The notes under the pieces were generated by a model. That model saw only the letters and a list, made by a program, of their open reading frames with translations, ran no database searches and was not told the DNA's origin. This document shows positions 28,081 to 37,364 of a stretch of DNA of 48,236 nt, one piece after another (position 1 is the first letter of the stretch; each line of letters opens with the position of its first letter). This DNA comes from an uncultured bacterium (GTDB taxonomy: Bacteria > Gemmatimonadota > Gemmatimonadetes > Gemmatimonadales > Gemmatimonadaceae): contig CAXBQP010000021.1 in NCBI GenBank assembly GCA_963978095.1, positions 1-48,236 on the forward strand, written 5' to 3'. A program made the translations under genes and the position numbers.

Positions 28081-28116
28081 GCGCATAACGCTGCGCATGG
28101 CGCTGCGCATAGCGCT
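28081..28116. repeat. 3 x 12-bp imperfect tandem repeat
   Basis: gcgcataacgct gcgcatggcgct gcgcatagcgct. Confidence 0.7.
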
Positions 28117-28170
28117 CACCCCCTCCCACGCGCTATCGTTTCAGAGTCCCTTTTCCCTCTGGAACCGCCC

Positions 28171-29697
28171 ATGCATCGACCCCTGGTCCGCCGCGCGGCC
28201 GTCGTCCTCGCCCTCCTCGCGACCGCCACCACCCTCGCCGCGCAACAGTTCCCCACCAACGCCACTCACGGCAAGCGCCCCACGCGCCTGGTGATCCGCA
28301 ATGCCACCATCGTGGATGGCAACGGCACTCCTGCCCGCGGCCCGGTGGACATCGTGGTCGAAGGGAACATGATCACCGACATCGTCGCTCTCGACGCCGT
28401 CGCCACCGGACGCGGCCAGGGACGCCGCCCGGCGGGGGATGTGAATATCGACGCCACCGGGAAATTCGTCCTCCCGGGACTCATCAACGCCCACGCCCAC
28501 TTGCAGAGCCAGCGCTCCGGCCATTCGCTCGACGGCTATGAGTACAATCTCAAGCTGTGGTTGGCCAACGGTATCACCTCGGTGCGCGAGGTCGGCTCGG
28601 AATCCGACACCGGCATCGTCAACATCCGCGAACGCTCCGCCAAGGGGGACATCGTCGCCCCGCGCGTCTTCGCCTACCCGATGCTCGGCGGCCGCGCCAA
28701 GACGCCGGCCGAGGTCCGCGCCCGCGTGCAGTACCTCAAGAAGCTCGGCGTCGACGGCATCAAGACCACCGGCATCGAACGCGACTTGATGGTCGCCCTC
28801 GAGGACGAAGCCCACAAGCTCGGCCTCCCGATCGCGCACCATGTGGGCGTCGAAGAGACCAACGCTTGGGACGACATCGAACTCGGCACTCGCTCCATCG
28901 AACACTGGTACGGGATCCCCGACGCCGCCATCATCGACAAGCGGCAGCACTTCCCCAGCGACTACAACTACGCCGACGAGACGGACCGCTTCCGCTGGGC
29001 CGGCCGCCTCTGGCGCGAAGCCGATCCCAAGCTGCTCGACTCGGTCCTCACCATGATGGTGAAGAAGAATGTGCACTGGGTCCCCACCATGGACATCTAC
29101 GAGGCGAGCCGCGATCTGCAGCGCGCGCAGAACCAGCCCTGGTTCAAGGACTACCTGCACCCCTCGCTCGCCTGGTACTTCAAGCCCGATCCCGCCAACC
29201 ACGGCTCCTACTTCCTCGGCTGGTCGTCCACCGACGAAGTGTACTGGAAGGAGAACTACCGCATCTGGATGTCCGCGCTTCGCGACTTCGAGCGCAAAGG
29301 GGGCGTGATCGGCTGCGGTGACGACGCCGGCTTCATCTACCAGATGTACGGCTACGGCCTGATCCGCGAGATGGAACTCCATGCCGAAGCGGGCTTCCAC
29401 CCCACCAAGATCATCCAGCACTGCACCGGCAACAACGCCAGGATCCTCGGGGTGGAAGACAAGCTCGGCCGCGTGCGCGCCGGCTGGCTCGCCGACCTGA
29501 TCGTCGTGGACGGCAATCCGCTCGAAGACATCAAGGTCCTCTACGCCGGTGGCACGACCGGGCTCAAGAACGGCAAGGAGATCCGCACCAATGGCTCCGA
29601 ATGGGTCATCAAGGACGGAATCCCGTACAGCGGACCGCAGCTCCTGCGCGAAGTGAAGGCGATCGTCGACAAGGCCAAGGCCGCGGAGAAGAAGTGA
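28171..29697 (+). CDS. Secreted amidohydrolase-family protein
   Basis: Signal peptide, IDATGKFVLPGLINAHAH, SIEH, GRVRAGWLADLIVVDGNPLED. Confidence 0.88.
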   Translation: MHRPLVRRAAVVLALLATATTLAAQQFPTNATHGKRPTRLVIRNATIVDGNGTPARGPVDIVVEGNMITDIVALDAVATGRGQGRRPAGDVNIDATGKFVLPGLINAHAHLQSQRSGHSLDGYEYNLKLWLANGITSVREVGSESDTGIVNIRERSAKGDIVAPRVFAYPMLGGRAKTPAEVRARVQYLKKLGVDGIKTTGIERDLMVALEDEAHKLGLPIAHHVGVEETNAWDDIELGTRSIEHWYGIPDAAIIDKRQHFPSDYNYADETDRFRWAGRLWREADPKLLDSVLTMMVKKNVHWVPTMDIYEASRDLQRAQNQPWFKDYLHPSLAWYFKPDPANHGSYFLGWSSTDEVYWKENYRIWMSALRDFERKGGVIGCGDDAGFIYQMYGYGLIREMELHAEAGFHPTKIIQHCTGNNARILGVEDKLGRVRAGWLADLIVVDGNPLEDIKVLYAGGTTGLKNGKEIRTNGSEWVIKDGIPYSGPQLLREVKAIVDKAKAAEKK

Positions 29698-29702
29698 CGC
29701 GG

Positions 29703-30557
29703 ATGTTCGCGCCCGACCTCTTGCAAGACAAAGTCATCCTCATCACCGGGGGTGGCACCGGACTCGGGCGCGCCATGGGAGAGAAGTTCCTTCAGCTCGG
29801 CGCCAAGGTCGCCATCACGAGCCGCCGTGAAGCGGTTCTCACCGCCGCTGCCGCGGAGATGATGGCGCAACATGGCGGCGAGGTGTTCCCCACGTCGTGT
29901 GATATCCGCGTCCCGGAGGCGGTGGACGCGATGATCGATCGTGTCTGGCAGCACTTCGGCCGGATCGATGTACTGGTGAACAACGCCGCCGGCAACTTCT
30001 CAGCTCCCACCGAGCGGCTCTCACATCGCGCCGTGGACGCGGTCCTCAACATCGTCCTCCACGGCACCTTCTACTGCACACTCGCCCTCGGCAAGCGGTG
30101 GATCGCCGCCAAGCATCCGGGGCGCGTGCTCTCGATCGTCGCGACCTACGCCGAGTCGGGGAGTGCGTTCGTGGTGCCGAGTGCGGCCGGGAAGGCGGGA
30201 GTGCTCGCCATGACGCGATCACTCGCGGTGGAATGGGCGCGCTACGGCATCACCATGAACGCGGTCGCGCCGGGGCCCTTTCCGACGCCGGGCGCGTGGG
30301 ATCGACTGCTCCCGGATCCCGCGCTCGCCCACCACGCGATTGATCGAATTCCCCTGCGACGCGTCGGCGAAAAGGAAGAGCTCGCGAACCTCTGCGCCTT
30401 CCTGGTCGCTGACGGATCGCAATACATCAATGGCGAATGCATCGCCATCGATGGCGGTGAATGGCTGAAAGGATCCGGACAGTTCTCGTGGATGGATGTG
30501 CTCACCCCCGAGCAGTGGGATGCCCTCACGGCGCAAGGGAAGAAAGCCGGCAAGTGA
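29703..30557 (+). CDS. SDR oxidoreductase, 2,4-dienoyl-CoA reductase-like
   Basis: ITGGGTGLG, NNAAGNF, PSAAGKAG (no catalytic Tyr, as in DECR-type enzymes), SLAVEW. Confidence 0.85.
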   Translation: MFAPDLLQDKVILITGGGTGLGRAMGEKFLQLGAKVAITSRREAVLTAAAAEMMAQHGGEVFPTSCDIRVPEAVDAMIDRVWQHFGRIDVLVNNAAGNFSAPTERLSHRAVDAVLNIVLHGTFYCTLALGKRWIAAKHPGRVLSIVATYAESGSAFVVPSAAGKAGVLAMTRSLAVEWARYGITMNAVAPGPFPTPGAWDRLLPDPALAHHAIDRIPLRRVGEKEELANLCAFLVADGSQYINGECIAIDGGEWLKGSGQFSWMDVLTPEQWDALTAQGKKAGK

Positions 30558-30591
30558 CCGGTCGCGCCCGCACGCGCGACCACCGAGGAAC

Positions 30592-31776
30592 ATGATGCTG
30601 AACCAGCTGCTCACGGACATCCGCGCCTTTCTCGACGAGCGCGTGCATCCCATGGAACGGGAGTTCCTCAACACCCCGTTCATCACGATCAAACCGAAGC
30701 TCGCGGCGCTCCGCGCGGAAGTCAAAGCGCGCGGTCTCTGGGCGCCCCACCTCCCCGCCTCACTCGGCGGACGTGCGCTCTCGCTCACCGAGTTCGGCCA
30801 TGTCTCGGCACTGCTCGGTGAATCCCCGATCGGGCACTATCTGTTCAACTGCCAAGCGCCGGACATCGGGAATACCGAACTGCTGCACCGGCACGGATCA
30901 CCCGAGCAGCAACAGCAGTGGATGATTCCGCTCGCCAACGGCGATATCCGGAGCTGCTTCGCGATGACCGAGCCGGAGTTCGCGGGCTCGAACCCGATCC
31001 ACATGGCCACCACCGCGGTGCGCGACGGCGATGCCTACGTGATCAATGGCCACAAATGGTTCTCATCCAGCGCGGAGAACTCGGCGTTCACGATCGTCAT
31101 GGCGGTCACGGACGCGGCGGCGGCGCCGCACAAGCGCGCGAGCCAGATCATCGTGCCGATGCACACGCCGGGGCTGACGCGCGTCCGCAACATCTCCGTG
31201 ATGGGCGAGCCGGGCGCCGATTATGCGAGTCATGCGGAGTTGCGGTTCGTGAATGTGCGTGTACCGATCACCAACCGCATCGGCGCCGAGGGCGACGGAT
31301 TCTCGCTCGCGCAGGAACGACTCGGACCAGGGCGCATCCATCACTGCATGCGCTGGCTCGGAATCTGTGAGCGATCGTTCCACCTCATGTGCGCCTACGC
31401 CGTGAAGCGAGAGCTGAACCCCGGTGAGCCGTTGGGGCTGCAGCAGGCGGTGCAACATTGGATCGCGGAATGTCGCGCCGAGATCGATGCCGCCAAGTTG
31501 CTCGTGCTCGACACCGCCGCACAGATGGATGCACACGGGGCGCACGCCGCGCGTGAGCGGGTGTCACTGATCAAGTTCCATGTGGCGGGCGTGCTGCTCA
31601 AAGTGCTCGACCGCGCGATCCAGGTGCACGGTGCCTACGGCATGACGGACGATACCCCCTTGGCCTACTGGTACCGCCACGAGCGCGGCGCCCGCATCTA
31701 CGATGGTCCCGACGAAGTGCACAAGACGGCAGTGGCGCGCCGCATCCTGAAAGGCTACGGACTCGCTCGCTCGTGA
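30592..31776 (+). CDS. Acyl-CoA dehydrogenase (ACAD10/11-like subgroup)
   Basis: FNCQAPDIGNTELL, SCFAMTEP, INGHKWF, AQERLGPGRIHHCMR, AIQVHG, RIYDGPDEVH. Confidence 0.92.
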   Translation: MMLNQLLTDIRAFLDERVHPMEREFLNTPFITIKPKLAALRAEVKARGLWAPHLPASLGGRALSLTEFGHVSALLGESPIGHYLFNCQAPDIGNTELLHRHGSPEQQQQWMIPLANGDIRSCFAMTEPEFAGSNPIHMATTAVRDGDAYVINGHKWFSSSAENSAFTIVMAVTDAAAAPHKRASQIIVPMHTPGLTRVRNISVMGEPGADYASHAELRFVNVRVPITNRIGAEGDGFSLAQERLGPGRIHHCMRWLGICERSFHLMCAYAVKRELNPGEPLGLQQAVQHWIAECRAEIDAAKLLVLDTAAQMDAHGAHAARERVSLIKFHVAGVLLKVLDRAIQVHGAYGMTDDTPLAYWYRHERGARIYDGPDEVHKTAVARRILKGYGLARS

Positions 31777-32816
31777 GTGAGACGCGTCCGGTGCGTACCG
31801 GCGAGGAGATCCCGCTCGATGCGCTCAACGGTTGGCTGACGGTATCGGCACCGCAGGTCGGTGTCGTGCGGCACGTGGCGCAGTATCCGGGCGGATTCTC
31901 GAACCTCACGTACCGGCTCGGCACGTCGACCGGCGAATGGGTGCTGCGACGCCCGCCGCGCGGTGTCGGCCACGGGCCGGCGCACAACATGGCGCGCGAG
32001 TTTAACATCATGTCGGTGCTGGCCTCGCGCGGCGTGGCGGTGCCACGACCGGTGGCGCTCTGTGACGACGACACGCTCATCGGAGCGCCCTTTTATGTGA
32101 TGGAGCGCGTACAGGGAATGATTCTGCGAGCGGCACCGGATCCCGCGCCGAGTGCGGTGCAACTCCGAGCCCTGAGCGAGTCGTTCGTGCACACGTTGGC
32201 CTCGATCCACGCGATCGGCGCGGAGGATCCCGCGATCGCCGCGCTTGGCAAGCCCACGGGGTATGTCGCGCGACAAGTCGCCGGATGGACGCAGCGATGG
32301 GAAGCCTCGCGCACCGATCCCGTGCCGGCGATGGATGCTGTTGCCGAGTGGCTTGCGGCGCATCAGCCCGCCGATGCCGGCAGCGTGCTCGTACACAATG
32401 ATTTCAAGTACGACAATCTTGTGCTCGACGCCGCCGACCCCAGCCGGATCGTCGCGGTGCTGGATTGGGAGATGGCAACGTTGGGCGATCCCTTGCTCGA
32501 CCTGGGGACCGCGATGGGCTACTGGATCGAGGCCGGCGATCACCCCGCGTTTCGTGCGCTGGGGCTCGGCGTGACCGCACTGCCCGGGAACTTCACCCGT
32601 GCCGAGCTCTGGACGCGTTATCTCACCGTGAGCGGACGCGGACCCGTGGACCCGACTTTTTATCGAATCTTCGGGTTGTTCAAGATCGCGGTGATCGCGC
32701 AGCAGATCTTTGCGCGGTATCGCGTCGGCCTCGCCTCCGACCCGCGGTTCGCGCGTCTGGGTGACGCCGTCGCGCTACTCGCCGCGACGGCGTCCGCAGC
32801 GTTGCCGACGGACTAG
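31773..32816 (+). CDS. APH-like phosphotransferase (ACAD10/11 kinase-domain homologue)
   Basis: GGFSNLTY, VLRRPP, FYVME, HNDFKYDN, VLDWEMATLGDP. GTGA overlap with the ACAD stop. Confidence 0.9.
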   Translation: MSETRPVRTGEEIPLDALNGWLTVSAPQVGVVRHVAQYPGGFSNLTYRLGTSTGEWVLRRPPRGVGHGPAHNMAREFNIMSVLASRGVAVPRPVALCDDDTLIGAPFYVMERVQGMILRAAPDPAPSAVQLRALSESFVHTLASIHAIGAEDPAIAALGKPTGYVARQVAGWTQRWEASRTDPVPAMDAVAEWLAAHQPADAGSVLVHNDFKYDNLVLDAADPSRIVAVLDWEMATLGDPLLDLGTAMGYWIEAGDHPAFRALGLGVTALPGNFTRAELWTRYLTVSGRGPVDPTFYRIFGLFKIAVIAQQIFARYRVGLASDPRFARLGDAVALLAATASAALPTD

Positions 32817-35800
32817 TCGGATTCCTTCCAGGCGCGCCTCCACGCCGCGAGGATCGGACTGAACCGTCGCGCAGCGTCAGCGCCCCACCAGCTCGTCATG
32901 TCGGTCGCGTCGGCGTTGCTCTCACTCCGCTTGAAGCGGAAGTGGATGGTCCGGGTCGTGCCGTCGATGAGCGTGGCGGTGAAGAGGCGGCAGGTGCCGG
33001 CCCAGCTGCGCTGCGTGGCCCAGTTCACGTGGTAGTAGCCCCGGCGCCCGTCATAGGTGCCGTAGCCATCGCGGATGTCGTCGTCATCGTTGGTGAGTGA
33101 ACCCCGGACGCGATCCCCCCACACGCTGCCGGTACCGTTCGACGGATGGTCGAGCAGCGTCGGCACGGCGCAGGTCTCCTGCACCACGGTGAAGGAGACG
33201 ATCACCGGCGTCCCCGCGGGCACCCCGGTCACCGAATACCGCAGCGGAATCACCCGTCCCGCCTCCACCACGTTCACGTGCCCCATGTCGATCGGCGCGA
33301 AGAAGCCGCTGAATACCAGTGATGCCGAACCCGCGAACGAGATCGAGGTGGACGTGACGCTGGACACCCCCGGCATGCTGAACACCAGGGTGTACGTTCC
33401 GGAGCCGTTGAGCGCGAGATCGGTGAAGGTGGCGCGACCTGCGGTAGCCGTCACGGGGTTCGTCCCCGTCAGTGTACCATTGGTGCCACTGCCGATCGAT
33501 GCCGTCACGGCACCGGTCCCGCCCGCTACCGCAAGCCCTGCCGCATCGCGAAGCTCGATCACCGGCTGCACCGTCAGGGTGCCCGCGAGACGCGGCGTGC
33601 CGGGCTGCGTCACGATCGCCAACTGACGGACCACCTGGTTCACGGTCACCGCGCCGCTCGTCGCCGAGGTGAGGCCGGTCGAGGCGAACTGTACCTGCAC
33701 ACTGCCAGCGGTCGACCCGATCCGGAGATTGCTGAAGGTGGCCACGCCATTGACACTGGTCGCGCTGGTGGTGCCCTGCAGGACGCCGGCGCTTCCACTC
33801 GCGAGCGTCGCGGTCACGGTGACCGAGGCGGTCGTGACGAGCTGTCCATTCACATCGCGGATTTCGACGCGGAAGGGAGTCGTCATCGTGGCGCCACTTT
33901 CGACGACTGTCGGCGCGGTCGTGATGGCGACCTGCGTGGCGGTCGTGCCCGGGTTCGTGCCGCCACCACTCGTGGTGAGCGTCAGCGAGAGCGGGGTCGT
34001 CGTGCCACCAGCACTGAACGACACGGTGAACAATCCGATCGTGTTGAGCGACAAATCGGTGAATGTCGCCACGCCGTTGACGATCGGCACCGTGGTGGTG
34101 CCGCTCAGTGACGAGGGCGAGCTGGAGACGGAGGCCGTCACGGAGCCGCTGAGCATGGGCTGACCGGCGTTGTCCAACACACGGATCGACGGCTGCGGGC
34201 TGAAGGCGACGCCCAACGCGGCGGTCGTCGGTTGCGTGATGAACGCGGACGTGGTGGCGGTCTGGGTGACGACGATCGACAGCGGCACAATCGGGAACTG
34301 CGGCGCCGATACGGTCAAGGTGACCGGGGTGGCCGGCGTCGTGGTCGTGATGCGGAGCCCGCTGAAGGTGGCCACGCCATTCACGGCCGTCACCGTCGTC
34401 GTCCCCGACACCGTGCCGTTGGTCGCGCTGACCGTCACTGGAGCGGCGGATAGCGTGGTCGCGCCGGTGGCGTCGGCCACGCGGACGGAGAACGAGCCGA
34501 GCGTCCCGCCGTTCGCGACCGTGGTCGGGGGGGTGTCGATCGCGAGCTGCGTTCCCGTCGAGACCGTGATGATGCCCGCCGTCGCGGTGCCGGAGCTCAG
34601 TGCGATGGTGTACGTGCCGAGAGTCGTGCCGACCCCGAGGTTGGCGAAGGTGGCCACGCCATTCACCGCCGTGGCCGTCAGCGTCCCGATCAAGGTGCCA
34701 CCGACCGGGCCATCGACGATGCTCGCCGTCACAACACTCCCACTCGCCGCCACGCGCGCGCCGGTCGCGTCGAGCAACTCCACACTCGGCTGCGGCACGA
34801 ACGGCGCTCCCAGCGTGGTCGCCGTCGGCGCGGCCAAAACGTTGATCGCCTGCGCCGTCTGCGTGACGGTCAACGGCAACGACAGTGGCGTCGCGGTGCC
34901 GCCAGCGGTGAATGAGATGGTGAAGCTGCCGAGCGCGGTCAGCGTCAAGTTCGTGAAGGTCGCGACGCCGTTGACGATCGAGGCCGTGGCGGTCCCGCCC
35001 AACGCCGATGGGCTGGCCGCGATCGACGCGGTGACGGTGCCGCTCAGCATCGCCTGACCGGCGTTGTCCAACACGCGGATCGACGGCTGCGGCGAGAGCG
35101 GAATGTTGAGCGACGCCCCGGTCGGCTGCGCGACGAACGATGCCGACGCCGGTGTCTGCGTCACGGCGATGGCGAGCGCCACACTGGGGAACTGCGGCGC
35201 CGACACCGTCAGGGTGACGGGCGTCGCTGGCGTCGTACTCGTGATGCGCAGGCCACTGAAAGTCGCCACGCCATTCACGGCTGTCACCGTTGTCGTCCCC
35301 GACACGGTCCCGTTGGAGGCCGTGACCGTCACCGGCACCGTCGACGTGGTCGTGGTCGCGCCCGTCGCGTCGGCCACCCGGACGGAGAATGCGCCGAGCG
35401 TACCGCCGTTGCCCACGGTCGTGGGAGGCGTGTCGATCGCAAGCTGTGTCCCCGTGACGACGGAGAAGCTGCCGACGGTGGCGACGCCAGAGCTGAGATT
35501 GATCGTGTACGTGCCGAGGGCATTGGCCACGGCAAGGTTACTGAAGCTGGCGAGACCATTGGTGCTCGTCGCCGTCAGCGTCCCCGTCAGCGTTCCGCCC
35601 GTCGGACCACTGGCGAGGCTGGCCGTGACGACGTTGCCGCTGTTCACCATGCGCAGGCCGGCGGCATCGAGCAACTCCACACTCGGCTGCGGCGTGAACG
35701 GCGCACCGAGGGCGTTCAGCACCGGGGCGTTGAGCAGGTTCACTTTACGCACGACCTGGGTGACCGCGATCGGCGCCGTCAGGAAATCCACGACTTCGCT

Positions 35801-36901
35801 CGACGTGAGGACGAGTGTCGTGCCGGTGCTCGGGCCGGCGAGGATCAGATTGGAGAAGGTGGCGCGGCCGCTGTCGGCACTGACCGTCGTGGTGCCCAGC
35901 AAGGTGCCGCTGCCGCTGTAGAGCTGCGCAGTGACGTTGTTGTAGCTGCGGGCACGCACACCCGCGCCAGTGATCAGGTCGACGGTCGCCGTGAACGGAA
36001 CCCCCGATTCCACCGTTGTCGGGATGCTGACCGCGCGGATGACCACAGGTTTCGGATGGCAAATCGATGAGGTCGACGCCGTCAGCGCGACCAGTTCGTC
36101 CTTGGTCAGCGCGCGATTGAAGATCGCGGGCTCATCGAGGATGCCGTTGAACGTGTAGATGTCCGTGCCAAGGTTCGGCGACGGAATACGCGCGCCGAGG
36201 TGCACCGGGCCGGAGGTCAGCGGACTGATGTCGCCAACGAAGGCGCTGTCGGTCACGAATCCGTTGGCCCAGAGCTTCTCATAGCCCGACGCGCGATCGT
36301 AGGTGACGGCGACGTAGTTCCACCGCCCCCGGATCGCGACATTCTGCTGCTGCACGATGTGCCAGGTGCCGTTGACATCCAGCAGGTTCGCGAACTCCGC
36401 GTTCTGCGGATCCGCCCACTGATGATGGCTCCACAGATGGGCCCCGCTCCAGTACTCGATCATCGGGCCGGAGCCCTTGGGAGTGTCCGTCGCGGTCGTG
36501 AACCAATCGCCGCGGGTGTAGACCCACGCCGCCATCGTCATTCCCGGTCCCGCGCCAACATCCAGCGCGGCATCGGACGCGGTCGTGATATCTGCGGTGA
36601 TGTCGTTGATGCTGAACGCCGTGCCGATGTGCCCCGGCACGAAGGTCACGTTCCCGGTGATGGTCCCCTGTCGACTCGCCACGGAGTCGACCGCGCTCCC
36701 TTCACCACCCCAACAGGCGATCAACCCGGCCGGCGTCGCACGATTGTCGAGCGCGGCGACGGCCGAACTGCGACTCACCTGTGTCGTCAGAGGTCGAGTC
36801 GCCACGCGGGACGCGCGCGGTCCCGTGACATCCGCAAGCTTGCTGCACGCGGCGACCACGAGCAATGTGGCAAGAATCGACTTGAGGATGCGGCGCTTCA
36901 T
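32813..36901 (-). CDS. Large surface lipoprotein/adhesin: LamG-like domain, 9 Ig-like repeats, PxKF-like C-terminal domain
   Basis: MKRR...LLVVAAC lipobox, LamG-like WNYVAVTYD...FNGILDE..IFNRAL, nine GxA(T/S)FxxL modules, C-terminal FSGFFAPI...AGRVIPLRY...C...GTCR. Thr/Ala/Val-rich. Confidence 0.85.
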   Translation of the reverse strand: MKRRILKSILATLLVVAACSKLADVTGPRASRVATRPLTTQVSRSSAVAALDNRATPAGLIACWGGEGSAVDSVASRQGTITGNVTFVPGHIGTAFSINDITADITTASDAALDVGAGPGMTMAAWVYTRGDWFTTATDTPKGSGPMIEYWSGAHLWSHHQWADPQNAEFANLLDVNGTWHIVQQQNVAIRGRWNYVAVTYDRASGYEKLWANGFVTDSAFVGDISPLTSGPVHLGARIPSPNLGTDIYTFNGILDEPAIFNRALTKDELVALTASTSSICHPKPVVIRAVSIPTTVESGVPFTATVDLITGAGVRARSYNNVTAQLYSGSGTLLGTTTVSADSGRATFSNLILAGPSTGTTLVLTSSEVVDFLTAPIAVTQVVRKVNLLNAPVLNALGAPFTPQPSVELLDAAGLRMVNSGNVVTASLASGPTGGTLTGTLTATSTNGLASFSNLAVANALGTYTINLSSGVATVGSFSVVTGTQLAIDTPPTTVGNGGTLGAFSVRVADATGATTTTSTVPVTVTASNGTVSGTTTVTAVNGVATFSGLRITSTTPATPVTLTVSAPQFPSVALAIAVTQTPASASFVAQPTGASLNIPLSPQPSIRVLDNAGQAMLSGTVTASIAASPSALGGTATASIVNGVATFTNLTLTALGSFTISFTAGGTATPLSLPLTVTQTAQAINVLAAPTATTLGAPFVPQPSVELLDATGARVAASGSVVTASIVDGPVGGTLIGTLTATAVNGVATFANLGVGTTLGTYTIALSSGTATAGIITVSTGTQLAIDTPPTTVANGGTLGSFSVRVADATGATTLSAAPVTVSATNGTVSGTTTVTAVNGVATFSGLRITTTTPATPVTLTVSAPQFPIVPLSIVVTQTATTSAFITQPTTAALGVAFSPQPSIRVLDNAGQPMLSGSVTASVSSSPSSLSGTTTVPIVNGVATFTDLSLNTIGLFTVSFSAGGTTTPLSLTLTTSGGGTNPGTTATQVAITTAPTVVESGATMTTPFRVEIRDVNGQLVTTASVTVTATLASGSAGVLQGTTSATSVNGVATFSNLRIGSTAGSVQVQFASTGLTSATSGAVTVNQVVRQLAIVTQPGTPRLAGTLTVQPVIELRDAAGLAVAGGTGAVTASIGSGTNGTLTGTNPVTATAGRATFTDLALNGSGTYTLVFSMPGVSSVTSTSISFAGSASLVFSGFFAPIDMGHVNVVEAGRVIPLRYSVTGVPAGTPVIVSFTVVQETCAVPTLLDHPSNGTGSVWGDRVRGSLTNDDDDIRDGYGTYDGRRGYYHVNWATQRSWAGTCRLFTATLIDGTTRTIHFRFKRSESNADATDMTSWWGADAARRFSPILAAWRRAWKESD
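33975..35761 (-). repeat. Internal tandem duplication (~895 bp x2) in the adhesin gene
   Basis: Near-identical DNA blocks recur at 894-897 bp spacing, e.g. tcgagcaactccacactcggctgcggc near 34770 and 35667, and ggcgttgtccaacac(a/g)cggatcgacggctgcgg near 34166 and 35060. Boundaries approximate. Confidence 0.85.
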
Positions 36902-37224
36902 GGATGCATCACGGGCATGGGTACGGACAAAGCGAGAATCCTCAGCGAACCCTCGCGTGGTGTCGGTACGATCGATTACCGACGCGGCAAGTATCAAAAA
37001 CCGTGTCAGTGTACATCTTCTTGATAATAAACACTGACGGAATTTGTCTCAAGAGGGAAATATCACAGAGTTGCATTCTCCACTTGGGAAGCATCGGCAG
37101 CTAGCCGAGAATCATGAAGGTCCCGTCGCCAGGGCCAGGACCGCAGGACCAAGGTGACGATCGGACCGGTGTGGCACATCATCATATAGTTGCGAATCGA
37201 GCCTGCCCTACCCCACAGCATGGC

Positions 37225-37258
37225 AAATGGGCCGATCGCGATGGCGAGCGGCCCATTT
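37225..37258. terminator. Hairpin downstream of the hydrolase gene, possible terminator
   Basis: aaatgggccg / cggcccattt 10-bp arms with further inner pairing, next to T-rich sequence. Confidence 0.5.
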
Positions 37259-37364
37259 AGTAACTGCTTTTTAGCTATTTTGATAGTTACTTAGGAATTG
37301 ATGGCGTTCACCACGGCATCACGTACACGAAATTCGTCGTGCTCTCGTCCCGTGCGACGGTTCG

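Noticed and set aside
31773..32816. Aminoglycoside resistance gene
   Set aside because: APH fold, but motifs and coupling to an ACAD indicate the metabolic ACAD10/11-type kinase family.
33975..35761. Repeats considered as a CRISPR array or mobile-element ends
   Set aside because: They are in-frame coding duplications of ~895 bp with no repeat-spacer periodicity and no cas or transposase genes.
37080..37300. Possible c-di-GMP riboswitch ahead of the adhesin (GGCAAA present)
   Set aside because: The GGCAAA is on the wrong strand for that gene, and the GNRA-loop P2 and receptor elements were not found by eye.
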